Shown: positions 50,406-64,000 of the stretch, in pieces
Layout: each line of letters begins with the position of its first letter
How positions within the stretch are numbered: position 1 is the first letter of the stretch
From: Octopus vulgaris
Lineage: Eukaryota
Reading direction: 5' to 3'
Length of the DNA: 64,000 bases
NCBI GenBank assembly: GCA_951406725.2
Contig: OX597825.1
Coordinates: 10,664,001 to 10,728,000 of the forward strand
The notes under the pieces: model-generated
The model's database searches: none
Told to the model about the DNA's origin: nothing
The model's input: only the letters and a program-made list of their open reading frames with translations
Position numbers and translations under genes: made by a program

Positions 50406-51457
50406 GCCCAAATGTAAACCACATTATTTGTGGTTTAGCATTCATAGTCATGCATTATTAATGCAGCTCGAATATTTCACTACGAGTTATAATCACAATG
50501 TTAACTTTGTTCCCATAAATCAAACTGCCAATCTGTTTTTGAGTGGTCGGAGCAGTATAAGAATATTTATACCTGTGTGTGTGTATATAAAAATATATAT
50601 CTACGTATGTATATTTATGTGTGTAGGTATAAAACTTTTTATCGACATTTTAAAATTATTCTAACGTTTGTGCTAAATAACACGTTAGACTGTTCGACTG
50701 CACGATCTCTTAGACATTTTGTTGGTAGCTTTAACATATTGACAGTTTATCTTTTATAAAATATACATATATTGTGATAAATTTTTTTAAAAATGCAAGA
50801 TTTAGTAGTCGATTGTCTTGCCCTCTAACGTACAGCTCCGACCCTGTGTTAAGAAGGAGTGAAACAAAGTCTATCCAAGGCAGTGTTCGAACTCCCGAAC
50901 AGAGAAGATACCCTTCTAAACTGCATTGAGAATTATCCACTGATGTTGTGTTCTGCTCTTAATTTAAAATGGAATCAAACTGTTGTTGATTTTTAATAAT
51001 TGAAATGGTAACAGCACCACCACCACCAACAATAATAAGAATTCTTTCTACTATAGCTACTAGGCCTGAAATTTCAGCGGGTGAGGGGGCTTAGTCACTT
51101 GGTACTTATTTTATCGACCCGGAAAGGATGAAAGGCAAAGCCGACCTCGGCAGAATTTGGACTCGGAACGTAAAACCGGAAGAAGTGCTACTAACAACAT
51201 TGTTTCTGATTTAAGCACAAGTTTTGGTTGGGGAGGGGGCTAATCGATACCTTCGATCACAACACGATGACGGTAATGATGGTGATGGTGATGATTTCTT
51301 ACGCACAAAAACGAATGAAAAATTAATAAATCCCCAAATTGTAGTCTAAGACCTTAACATTTTTTCCTTACTGTAGGAAGCTATTAAAAACAGTAATTTG
51401 AAGAAATATTCATTGTGCCGAAGCCGTAAACAAATAGATGGTCTTTATGTTTTAAAC

Positions 51458-51511
<54 letters not shown>

Positions 51512-51527
51512 TTATCTATCTATCTGC

Positions 51528-51585
<58 letters not shown>

Positions 51586-51602
51586 GCCTATCTATCTATC
51601 TA

Positions 51603-51655
<53 letters not shown>

Positions 51656-52906
51656 TCATCATCATCATTTAGCATCTGCTAAATGATGAGGAAGGGCATC
51701 CAGCCATAGAAACCTTCCCAAAGCAGACTCTGGGGTGAAATGCAGTCGTCGAACTCAATGAATCCCATCAAACCATCCAATCCATGTGAGCATAGAACAT
51801 CATGAACATCATCATCATCATCGTTTAATGTCCGCTTTCCATGCTAGCATGGGTTGGACGATTTGACTGAGTACTGACGAACCAGATGGCTGCGCCAGGC
51901 TCCAATCTGATCTGGCAGAGTTTCTACAGCTGGATGCCCTTCCTAACGCCAACCACTCCGAGAGTGTAGTGGGTACTTTTATGTGCCACTGGCACGAAGG
52001 CCAGTCAGGTAGTACTGGTAACGGCCACGCTCAAATGGTGTTTTAAGGTGCCACCTTCACAGGAGCTAGTCCAGTGGCACTGGCCACGACCTTGCTTGAA
52101 TGTTTTTTCACAGCACAAGTGCCAGTAAGGCGACGCTGGTAACAATCATGCTCAAATGATGCTTTTTACATGCCTCCAGCATGGAAGCCGGTTAGCTCCT
52201 CTGGCAACGATCACAGATGTTAAATGACGATGGTCAAGCTGGCAGAAATGTTAGCACGCCGGGCGAAATGCGCAGCTGTATTTCGTCTGTCGTTACGTTC
52301 TGAGTTCAAATTCCGCCGAGGTCGACTTTGCCTTTCATCTTTTCGGGGTCGATTAAATAAGTACCGGTTACGCACTGGGGTCGATGTAATCGACTTAATA
52401 CCTATGTCTGTCCTTGTTTGTCCCTTCTGTGTTTAGCCCCTTGTTGGCAGTAAAGAAATAGGTATATCTTGTAGGCACAGGTGTGGTTGTGGTTAAGAAG
52501 CTTTCTTCCTAACCATATGGTCTCATGTTTAATCCCATTTTGTGGCTCTTTGGGTAAGCATCTTCTTCTATAGCTCCAGGCTGACCAAAACCTTGTGAGT
52601 TTGGTGGACAGAAACTGGAAGAAGCCCGTTGTATGTGTACATGATAAAAGCCTTTCAGCTGTGACCATCCATAAATGTGTATATCAGAGACTATGTTCTC
52701 TCATGTGTCCTTTTCTTTTGGAGATAGTGTGATTTGGCTGCTCTTTCTTTTCGTTCTTTTTTGTTGCTGTTTGGTCCAACTTTACCCTGATCAAGCAATT
52801 GTATGACAAAAGTGTTGCAGTCCATATATTTTATCATCATCGTTTTATTTCCTTCATCTTGCTCTCCAACTCACTTTCCTTTGTTTTCTAATGGGGATAT
52901 CCATTA

Positions 52907-53132
52907 CAGTAATCCCTTGACTATCACGGGTGTTACTTTCCAAAACCTCACTCCCGCGATAGGTGAAAATCCGTAAAGTAGAAACAGCACTGTACTATAT
53001 ATTTTGTCTTTATCATTTGTATAATTTGTATATATTTTTGATTATAAATGCAAAACAACACCACAGAGGAATCAACATGAGCTTAAATGATAAACTGCGA
53101 TAGGTGAACCGCGATATGACGAGGGATTACCG
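52907..53132. mobile_element. TA-flanked Tigger/Tc1-type MITE (226 bp)
   Basis: TA|CAGTAATCCCTTGACTATCACGG ... CCGCGATATGACGAGGGATTACCG|TA. Confidence 0.75.
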
Positions 53133-54299
53133 TACTCTACTCTACAGTAAAGCTTATATCTGTCTCCTCTATACCTTAAATTTCACAACTGGCACAAACC
53201 CACAGTCCCTCAAAACTATTTCTCCACCTCCCAGTTGAGGGGATCTCATCTTACAAGGTACTTGCTGATCCTCTCAATGCTGGTTCCACATAAAAAGCAC
53301 TGGTGACAGTGCCACGTAAAAAGCACTGGTGACAGTGCCACGTGAAAAGTACCCAGTGCTCTCTGTAGAGTGGTTGGCATTTGGAGGGGCATCCAGCTGT
53401 AGAAACCATACTAAAACTGACTATGGAACGTGGTATGACTCTTGGCCTTGCCAGATCCTGACAACCCATCCAACCCATGCCAACGTGAAAAAACGGATGT
53501 TAAGCGATGATGATAATCATTATCGTCATCACATTTGTTTTACCATGTTGGCATTAGTTTAATGACTCATCACTGGCTGATTTTATTTGGCGTAATTGCT
53601 TTCAAATGTGTGTGTGCATAATATGTAGATGTAGAGGTGTGGCTTTATACACAGATATATATGTGTGTGTGTGTTTCATGAGTGCATAGCACTTGCTCTG
53701 GGTGTGTGTGTGTATAATAGTTATCTGCTTACATGTACATCGGTGTCTAGTTCTATGAGTGCGTGTTAACAGGTGTGTGTATGAGCATCAATATTTGATG
53801 CTTTTATCATCATCAGTTTTTGCACCCACCCTTTCATGCTTGCTTAATTTGGGTGGTGCTTCTCCAGTACAGGACATAGTCTTCTTTCAATTCATTTGTG
53901 CTCCAGTATTCTTACATGCTGACAGATTTTGGAACATACATGTCATTCTTTTTCTCTAGCCTTTACAAATCCTTCACATTCAGTGTTCATCTCTTGTAAC
54001 TCTACAGTATCACACATATTTCTTTACTACCCACGAGGGGCTAAACACAGAGGGGACAAACAAAGACAGGCAAATGGATTAATTCGATTATATCAACCCC
54101 AGTGCGTAACTGGTACTTATTTAATCGACCCTGAAAGGATAAGTCGACCTCGGCAGAATTTGAACTCAGAACGTAGCGGCAGATGAAATACGGCTAAGCA
54201 TTTCGCCCAGCGTGCTAACGTTTCTGCCAACTCGCCACCTTTCTATAGTATCACTTGTTACACAAGCATCATAGAATCTGTCCTTCATTCAGTTAGAGA

Positions 54300-55570
54300 A
54301 TCCCCTTTTTGCCAGTAAAGGTCATAGCTCCTTGAACTTTTTTTTTCACCCTGTTCTTCTGGTTATTACATTCTCAGTGCAACTCCACTGATAATTAACA
54401 ACAGTGGCTGTCAACTGTTAGGCAGACATCTGGGCATTTCAAATAATTTATTTCACTGAAACTTTTCCTGCTAGCTACTCCTCTGTGTCTGCAATATATA
54501 AATCTACCTTCCCTGTCAGCATCCTGTGATCACATCACACCTTTTGCATCTATAGCTTACATAGATTATTACACAGTATTGATTTCCTCCCTCTTTTCTG
54601 CTTATCAAACCTTTGCTAGTTTTACTCTCATTTCAAAGTTTTTCTTCCATATTTGGAGTTTCTTCCCTAAGCCTTTCTTTGGCAGTTTCAGCCACGAGGA
54701 GTTGGTTAATAGCATATGCGAATTTCCAGGGGCAAGCAGTTTCTGTTATGGCCTGGAACATCTATGATAAACAGAGTGCTGAGAACTGAATCTTGACGGA
54801 CACAGATACGCATGCTAAATTTGTGACCGAACTCATTGCTGACTTGTACTTTACTAATGGCATCTGTGAGCATTGCTTGCACAGCTCTCACAAACCATTT
54901 CTCTACACAGAATTTTCTTAATGGGTGCCAGACCATAGTGTGTGGAGCTATCAAAGGCCTTCTCCAGGTCTATGCATCTTGGCCCTAGCAGCTTACTTTC
55001 AGAAAAGAACTGTTGTTATCTCAGTAAGACAAGGACATTAGTTGTACATCATCTTGGCACAAACCTGAACTGTATCTTGTCTTAAAAGGTGGCGAGCTGG
55101 CAGAAATGTTAGCACACGAGGCGAAATGCTTAGTGGTATTTCATCGGCTGTTACGTTCTGAGTTCAGATTCCGCCGAGGTCGACTTTGCCTTTCATCCTT
55201 TCGGGGTCGATTAAATAAGTATCAGTTACACACTGGGGTCCATATAATCGACTTAATCCGTTTGTCTGTTCTTGTTTAGCCCTTGTGGGTAGTAAAGAAA
55301 TATGTATCTCGTCTTAATCAGTTATGCTATAATTTTTTTGTTCTCCATTACTTTTGTAAACTTTTCCATCAATTTGATTCCTCTAGAGCCTCGTTTTTGG
55401 ATGTGTAACACTTGATAGAGATATTACTACACTAATTGTGGGTATTATGCTTCCCTGTACTATTTGGTGGATTATGTAAGTACCTAACATGTGACCTACT
55501 TCATCAGATATTTTCTGTATCTCAGAGACTATCCCTGAAGAACCAGCTGCTTTCCTTGCCTTCATATCTT
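54300..55570 (-). mobile_element. Decayed RTE-type LINE RT fragment
   Basis: KAAGSSGIVSEIQK and VWHPLRK..VEKWFVRAVQAM..KVQV..VRQDSVLSTLFII match RTE RT motifs (GV.QGSVLSPLLF). Confidence 0.7.
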
Positions 55571-55879
55571 TACTTACACTCGTGTGTGTGTATGTATGCA
55601 TACATATAAACCTCTGTGCAGGCAATAAATCATGACAGGGTGGTTAGGGAAACGGATAGATACAGTACCAGGTATTAGTGAAGGAAAGAAACTGCAACAG
55701 GTTATAACTCGGATTGGGGTGGGGAAAAAGCTTTAGTTTATTGTGGAGATTTAGTCAAAGGAATTTTAAAATCATTATTGATTGGGGGGATTTATATCCA
55801 ACAGAATCATTATACAAGTTACAAGTTTTTGCCAAGAAAGAATCCTGAAGATGAAAGAAAATATCAACATTAGAGGAAA

Positions 55880-57920
55880 TAATGACTTTGTAATTCTTAC
55901 CGGTGACTTTAATGCCAAGATAGGGCAGGAGAGAGGAATAGTCAGCCCCTTGTCATTAAAAAAAGTTAAGGGGCATCAAATAAACTTGTGGAATCTTTGC
56001 TAAGTATGATCTCTAAATGATCAAAGCATTTATCATCATAAATTGATGCATAAGAAAGACAGCACATCTTCCAGTGATGGCAGTGAGGATGGAATTGAAT
56101 TCATTTGTATTGGTAGGTGATGGAAAATTAATTGGTTTGATATTCATGTCTTCAGGGAAGCAGATATTGATCCATATCATTACGTGGTAAAGGGACTTAT
56201 CAGAATGGAACCTATCAAAGAATGAAACCTACTAAAAGGCGGCGAGCTGGCAGAAACGTTAGCACGCCGGGCGAAATGCTTAGCGATATTTTGTCTGCCG
56301 TTACGTTCTGAGTTCAAATTCCGCCGAGGTCGACTTTGATTTTCATCCTTTCGGGGTCGATAAATTAAGTACCAGTTGTGCACTGGGGTCGATGTAATCG
56401 ACTTAATCCGTTTGTCCACTCTATGTTTAGCCCCTTGTGGGTAGTAATGAAATAAGTATTTCATTTGCCGTTACGTTCTGAGTTCAAATTCTGCCGAGGT
56501 CAACTTTGCCTTTTATCCTTTCGGGGTTGATAAATTAAGTACCAGTTATGCACTGGAGTCAATGTAATCAGCTTAATCCCTTTGTCTGTCCTTGTTTGTC
56601 CCCTCTATGTTTAGCCCCTTGTGGGCAATAAAGAAATAAGAAACCTACCAAAGATATTTTTTAATCTTTAAAAAACCGAAAACCTTTTTAATATCAGCAA
56701 ACTCAATGAAAGTACATGAGGTAATCATACCAGCTAGGCCACGAGAATTGATATACCGCATTAAATGCAGATACAAGTACGGATCAATACTGAAGTAAAT
56801 TGAAAGTCGTTATGATTGAAACATCCAAAAATAGTTAGAAAAGAGAGGTAAACATAATGAGTACTGGATATTTCCAGAGACCTGGAAATATAAAAGACTG
56901 GACAGAGAGGTTTAAAAAATTAATTTTGCTGTAAAGATTGATTGAAGGTCATGCAAAAAAATACAGAAACTAGGACTTCAAGAAATGATTGAAGGATTGT
57001 AGAGAGGATAGTAGGACAAAATACTGCAATAGCCTGGGCTTCAGAGGTTCACAGCTCTTCAATATCCTCCCGAGGGACCTGAGAGACCTGCATGGGGTGG
57101 ATGTAGGTGTCTAGAAAATAAAGCTGGACCTCTTCCTGTCAGGTGTCCCAGATGAACCAACTTCGCGACAGGAGGTGCAGACGAGGGCAGCTGCATCAAA
57201 CTCTCTCGTGCACAAAATGTCAATTGCTAAAAAGCATTCGTGAAGTAAAATTATGTAGCAACACCAAATGGCAGTGCACCAGCATGGCCACAGCTCGTGA
57301 GCTGAAACTAGATGGAAGAAAGAAAGGATAGAGAAGTAATTGGCAGGACATGGGAGCATCAGTGAAAGGATGGGTGTAAAAAGTAAGAATGGTAAAGTGA
57401 GAGGAGAGGAAACGAAGAGTGTGTGGAACATTTCAGAGGAGTTCTAAATTACTGTGAACTTGATGAGCTTTTTATAGATGATGTTGATTAAGTGATCTTG
57501 ATGAAGATGTTGATGAAATCATATTGGAGGAATTTCACAATTAATGAAAATTAACATAGTCTCAGGTACTGATGGAAACCTTTGTAAACTTAGTAAATGT
57601 GCTGAGGAAGCCTTAGACAACCTATGGAACTTGAAGAATGGAAAATAGTGGTCATAGTGAAACTGTCAAGGAAAGGTGATCTTAGCAATTGGTGAAATTA
57701 GTGAGGAATCTCCTTGTCTGTGGTGACCAACAAGTTGCTTTCAAGTGTTTTAAACAAAATAAGGCAACATAATTTGAAGAGATCAACAATCTGGATTCCT
57801 TTTTACAAAGAGATCATACGCTGACATTATTTTTGCATTGTGATCTCATACTTGAAAACGCTATTGAATACAAACCGACTGTAGCCATTAACTTTATAAT
57901 CTTACAGAATGCTTTTGGTA
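55880..57920 (+). mobile_element. Heavily decayed RTE-type LINE (APE endonuclease plus RT N-part)
   Basis: ILTGDFNAKIG at ~55895; RKGDLSNW..GISL near 57670; QQSGF..RSYADIIFAL near 57790. Confidence 0.65.
57015..57315 (+). mobile_element. 3' fragment of the same CR1-group LINE, inserted in an RTE relic; tail-only copy at 26737-26795
   Basis: Aligns by eye to 63670-63960 (TACTGCAATAGCCTGGG...CCCAGATGAACC...GAGCTGAAACTA). Confidence 0.8.
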
Positions 57921-60169
57921 GTCATCATCATCATCATCATCATCGTTTAATGTCCACTTTCCATGCTAGCATGGGTTGGACGTATGACTGAGGGCTGGCG
58001 AACAAGATGGCTGCACCAGGCTTCAATCTTGATCTGGCAGAGTTTCTAGAGCTGGATGCCCTTCCTAACGCCAGCCACTCCGAGAGTGTAGTGGATGCTT
58101 TTACGTACCACCGGCACGGGGCCAGTCAGGCGGCACTGGCAACGACCTCACTCGAATCTTTTACACATGTCACCGGCACAGGTGCCAGTAAGGTGATGCT
58201 GGTAACGATCACGCTCGAATGGTGTTTTTTACGTGCCCACGGCACGGAGGCCAGATAGCCGCTTTGGCAATGATCACGCTTGGATGGTGCTCTTAATACC
58301 CTACTAGCACGGGGCTCGAGTGCCAGGAGTGCGAGTAGTATAAACAGAAAAGCTGTGTAGAAAAGCAATACAAGTTATGCAATATCTAAAAATTTGGTAA
58401 ATAATGAAAGCAATGCATAAAGTTTTGGAGAAGCTGTCCGTGGGGTCCTGCATCTCACATTCAGTGTGTGTTACTAGGTTAGCTGTTAGTATAGAGTCAG
58501 CTACAGTTTTTCAAAGTAATTATGAAAACTTCTGCAAAATAGATTCCAAAAAACTGTGGTGCAAGAATGTGGCCTTCTTTTACATCATTTGCAACTAAAA
58601 TTGGTGTCTGAGAGTGGTCCATTGAAATATGTGTTCATATTCTCATAAAGGGGTGAAATAAGTGATATAAAATGGAAATGACAACCAAACTGAAATAGAA
58701 TCTTCTAGGTCCTCATTTCACAATTAAGGGTCAAATACTTTTTGAAGTTGAGGAAACATTGTTAGCTGTTAAATTTGTATTCAGAGCATCCACCATGTTA
58801 CATTTACCTCAAGTTATGGGATTTCAGGATATGGCCTCTAATTTCACCTTTATGGAAGCACAACTATATTTTACAATTTATAAACTACATTTTATTCTTA
58901 GCCATCATTTTAGTTGAGCTTAAAGTATAATTGGAGTAAAGATTGTTTGCCAACATAACATGGCAGTCCTGGTTTAGGACTAATGTTGCTGTAATTTAGT
59001 CCCAGGAGACATTGTCTCCGGCTGCTCCAGCTGGCTATACGACACAATCTGTGTCCTTATATTTTCGCACAAGGTACTCCAAAGTATTGTTAGTGGATAT
59101 ATCTTTCAAGAGATTTAGAAATAGTAATTTTCTAATCAAAGTATAATTGTTTCAAATTTTGGCACAAGGCCAGCAGTTTTATGGGAAGGAGTAAGTCGGT
59201 TATATCAACCCCAGTGCTCAACTGATACATACTTTATTGGCCCTGAAAGGGTGAAAGGCACAGTTGACCTTAGTGGAATTTGAACTCAGAAATTGCATAT
59301 CTGTATATATATGAACTGTTTCTGTATGTATATATATCATCATCATCATCATCGTCGTTTAACGTCCGTTCTCCATGCTAGCATGGGTTGGACGGTTCGA
59401 CCGGGGTTCTGGGAAGCCAGAAGGCTGCACCAGGCTCCAGTCTAAATTTGGCAATGTTTCTACAGCATATATATATATATATATATATATAATGTATGTG
59501 TGTGTGTGTGTGTATGCATATGTGTGAGTATACATATGTGTGTGTGTATGCATATGTGTGAGTATACATATGTGTGTGTGTATGTATATATGTATGCTTA
59601 TGTGTGTGTATGTATATATATATATATATATATATATACATGTGTATATGTATGTATCATCATCGTCGTTTAACGTCCGTTCTCCATGCTAGCATGGGTT
59701 GGACGGTTCGACCGGGGTTCTGGGAAGCCAGAAGGCTGCACCAGGCTCCAGTCTAAATTTGGCAATGTTTCTACAGCTGGATGCCCTTCCTAACGCCAAC
59801 CACTCCGTGAGTGTAGTGGGTGCTTTTTATGTGCCACCTGCACAGGTGCCAGGCGGGGCTGGCAACGGCCACGGTCAGATTGGTGTATTTTATGTGCCAC
59901 CGGCACGGAAGCCAGTCGAGGCGGTGCTGGCATCGGCCACGAGTCGGATAGTGCTTTTTACGTACCACCAGACCAGGGATCCTGGCTGGTTCAATTCGAT
60001 TTCGATTTCGCTTGCCCCAACATGTCTTCACAAGCAAAGGGGGTTGGCAAGGGTGCCTGTCGTACGGTCGCATTGGAGTATTTTACGTGCCACGGCCACG
60101 AGTCGGATAGTGCTTTTTACGTACCATCAGACCAGGGATCCTGGCTGGTTCAATTCGATTTCGATTTCG

Positions 60170-60443
60170 ATGTATATATATGTATGTATGTGTATATGTA
60201 TATGTGTGTGTGTGTGTATATATATATATATGTACATATATACATATGTGTGTGTGTGTATGTATGTGTTTGTGTGTGTAATGTGTATGTATATATGTAA
60301 GTATATGTATGTGCAAGAATGTTTATATATGAATTTGTGTATATTTATGTATGCATTTGCATGTGTATATATATGCATGTGTATGTATATATGCAAGTAT
60401 GTGTGTGTGTGTCAGTGTGTATTTATATGTATGCGTATGTCTG

Positions 60444-60474
<31 letters not shown>

Positions 60475-60600
60475 ATGTGTGTATATATGTGTATGTATGT
60501 ATGTGTTTATATGTATGTGTATATATGTGTGTATGTATATATGTGTGTGTATGTATGTATGTATATATATATGTTTGTATATATTTGTGTGTGAGTGTGC
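60170..60600. repeat. Degenerate (TA/TG)n tract
   Basis: Direct reading. Confidence 0.95.
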
Positions 60601-61839
60601 TGCAGCATGACCTCAATCAAATGACAGAAACAAGTAAAAGAATTTAAAAAAAGCAACATCTATTTATTGTTGAATATGAGACGAAATATATATATTAAAC
60701 CTCTTCTCATGTAGGTAGCCCCCATGTATTCTTCTTCTTCTTCTTCCATCTCTTTCGGAACGTTTCCTTCTGGCCATTATTGCTTTTTCAAACTTCGCTA
60801 ATCCAAACGGTTTCTCGTTAATCCCCCCTCCTCTTCCGCCTCCCCTTCCTAATCTCCCCCCCTTCGCCGTGTTCCTTACCAAACCAATGTTTATTTACTC
60901 TCTGCCAATGCTTCTTGGATTCCATTCGCTGCCCCACTTGATAATGATGTATGCATGAGCGAATTATTATTATATTTTCTTCTTCTCTTCTCTCTTTTTT
61001 TTTCAACCTCCTTCTGATGTCAGTTGGATTTCATATTCTTCATCCTTCATTCATCCAATGATGAAATCAACCACAGGTAATAATTCTTCACCATCGACGG
61101 AGAGTCGAGGCCGAAGAAAAGCATGAACGACACCAAATCACCCACTATACATCGGCAGAGGCCTCTATTTCTGTTTATTGACATCATCCCTGCCAATACA
61201 TTTATATATAAACACAAAACACTCCATAAATCTCGCGGTTTAACGTAAGCAGAGTATTATTTACATACATTATGAAACGGTTCTCAGTTCACCCATAAAA
61301 CCTTCATTCACCATCGACATAAATATTTTCGTTTGAGCAGAAAAATCTGCTGGATATTGGATATCAAGCATAATGTTCCTCCTATTGTGAGTTTAAGTGT
61401 TTTGTTTTTTTTTTCCTTAATTGTGTATATTTTATGAATATTGATAATGCCTACGTGAGGTGCTCGAAATGTATAATTGGCTCTGAACAAATTGCCTTGC
61501 TTGCTTGCCAGCTTGCCTAGCTACTTGTTAAGCGCTGCTCGAAATTAACAATTTTCTCTTGATGAAAAATGATTATATTCATATACACGCACATACACAC
61601 GATGCTTAATATATACACAAACAAATATACATTCCTGTTTTATTTTATTGCTGGTGCGTGTGTTCTTAGCAGTGAGTATCTCCAAGTAATTCTGTTGTTG
61701 TTTGTTGTTTATATTTTCAAACTGTGTAAAAAGGGGTTTGTTTCACGAATGACCTCTTTGGCTTCTTGTAATGATGCAAGCGTTCACACCCCGTTTATGT
61801 ATCTATCTACCCGTCAGTTAAGGTATACGGATGAGTTTA

Positions 61840-62468
61840 CATATGTGTGTGTGTATATATGTGTTTGTGTATGTGTATATATATATATACGTGTATGTGT
61901 ATATATATGTGTGTATGTATATATGTGTGTATATATATATATGTATATATGTGCATGTGTATATATATATATATATATAAAAATATATATGTATGTGTAT
62001 ATGTATATATGTATATGTGTATATATGTATATATGTGTATATATATGTATGTATATATGTGTATATATATGTATGTATATATGTGTGTATATATGTGTGT
62101 GTATATATGTGTGTATATATGTGTGTATATATATGTATGTATATATGTGTGTGTATATATATGTATGTATATATGTGTGTATATATATGTATGTATATAT
62201 GTGTGTATATATGTGTGTATATATGTGTGTATATATGTATGTATATGTGTGTATATATGTATGTATATATGTGTATATATATATGTATGTATATATGTGT
62301 ATATATATATATGTGTATATATGTGTGTGTATATATGTGTATATATATATGTGTATATATGTGTGTGTATATGTGTGCATATATATGTATGTATATATGT
62401 GTATATATATATGTATGTATGTATGTGTGTATATATGTGTGTATGTGTATATATGTATATGTATATAT
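61840..62468. repeat. Degenerate (TA/TG)n tract
   Basis: Direct reading. Confidence 0.95.
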
Positions 62469-62719
62469 GCTTGGAGGCGTAATGGCCCAGTGGTTAGGGC
62501 AGTGGAGTTGCGGTCATAGGATTGCACTTTCGATTCCTAGACCGAGCGTTGCAAGTGTTTATTGAGCAAAAACACCTAAAGCTCCACGAGGATCTGGCAG
62601 CGGGTGGTGGCAAACCCTGATGTACTCTTTTACCACAACTTTCTCTCACTCCTTCTTCCTGTTTCTGACTGGCTCTATCTGGGTTTTTCACATCATCTCT
62701 CCTGTATGTGCCTTTGTTG

Positions 62720-63965
62720 CAGCTATAATGTATATACTTTGCAAAAGCTTCTGATAAATTAGATCATGGTATGATATGCCACAAATAGCGTGATCTTGGC
62801 ATAGCTGAAAAGCTTGGAGAGTGGTTACATGACTTTCTGAAAGATAGAAGTCGGGCAGTAGTGGCCAATGGAGCCACCTCAATGAAAACACAAATAGTGA
62901 GCAATGTTCCACAGGGCACTGTCTTAGGATCACTGCTTTTCATAGTGGCCCTTTCAGATGTGCCCTCAACTGCCCGGATAGCCACCCTTGCTTAGCTACG
63001 CAGACGATACAAAAAATACCGAACCTCATGGATGTTGCACACCTGTAGCAGAAGTTGGACTCAATTTGCAGATGGGCTGAGGATAATAATATGCGGTTTA
63101 ATGCTGAAAAATTCCACCCCTGCGCTACCAGTATCCAAAACTGAATATAAAACTTACAAGGTACAATGGTCCACTGAGGATTACAATCTCAGAGCCTAAA
63201 TCAGTGAGGGACCTGGGTATCGACATGAGTGATGATACCTCTTTCCAAGTGCTTGTTACCAGGATGGTGACAAAGTGCATATGACTGGCTGGATGGATCC
63301 TGAGAACATTCAGAACCAGAGAGAAGGAAACTATGATGGTCCTCTGGTGGGCATTCGTCCTCAGCTGCCTGGATTACTGCTCACAGCTATGGTCACCCAC
63401 TAGTGTGAAATTAACAGTGGACCTTGAAGTAATCCAGCATAGCTTCACAAAGAAGATCGTCTCTTTGCAACAGCTCAGCTACTGGGAAAAGCTGAAACAG
63501 CTAAGACTCTACTCTCGGGAGCGAAGGCGGGAGAGGTATGCAGTAATATACATCTGGAAGATCTTGGAAGGAATTGTGCCAAATTTTGGCATTGAAAACT
63601 ACATCAATGCCAGAATGGGTAGACACTGCACAGTGCCAAAGATCCCAGCAATTCCTTCGTGCTTCAGGACCAGTTACTGCAACAGCTTGGGTTTCAGGGT
63701 CCCATAGCTTTGTAATATTCTCCTAAAGAGCCTGAGGGACCAACACAAAGTGGACGTAGGTGTTTTCAAATCAAAACCGGACTCCTTCCTGTCAAGAGTC
63801 CCAGATGAACCTACCTCACGGCAAGAGATACAAATGAGGATAGCGACATTAAACTCCCTTATTCTCCAAATGCCACATATTAGAGGAGGCTTTCAATAAT
63901 AACAGTGTAGCAAAATGGCAGTACCCCGGCGCATGGCAACAGCCCTGAGCTGAAACTAAAGAAGA
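62720..63965 (+). mobile_element. 5'-truncated, decayed CR1-group LINE (RT C-half plus 3' UTR)
   Basis: AKASDKLDHG, VPQGTVLGSLLF, YADDTK, RDLGI, LDYCSQLWSP and LSYWEKLKQL motifs with stops and frameshifts; 3' stem-loop tail. Confidence 0.88.
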
Positions 63966-64000
63966 AACAAATTATATATATATGTGTGTGTAGTTAGATT

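Noticed and set aside
62472-62550. tRNA gene (also heads at 12910-12972, 37561-37635, 17761-17830)
   Set aside because: A and B boxes are present, but there is no proper cloverleaf and each continues into a SINE body, two of them with clear TSDs.

Overview
Eukaryotic, AT-rich and repeat-dense DNA. The SINE families and the huge (TA)n/(TG)n/(TAGA)n load suggest a cephalopod, probably Octopus; this is inference, no search was run. One spliced gene could be built by hand: a 9-exon minus-strand gene (41266->17105; 1182 nt, 393 aa) for a six-bladed kelch beta-propeller protein with an N-terminal MGNNVS myristoylation-type motif and a long acidic loop. The rest is mostly mobile DNA: a full-length D,D34D mariner with one premature stop, a pogo-type relic, Helitron-like elements, TA- and TTAA-type MITEs, CR1- and RTE-type LINE relics, at least four SINE-like families and several foldbacks. 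Two structured-RNA signals stand out. (1) A type I hammerhead ribozyme with a full catalytic core lies at 7041-7131 (-) in a (TA)n-embedded mini-element, with degenerate relatives elsewhere. (2) An abundant (GAT)n-tailed retroposon carries variable arrays of ~62-nt modules that fit a compact H-type pseudoknot, with compensatory changes between copies. Almost all ORFs in the supplied track are microsatellite or SINE artefacts. Coordinates were counted by hand, and ends of degenerate repeats are approximate.
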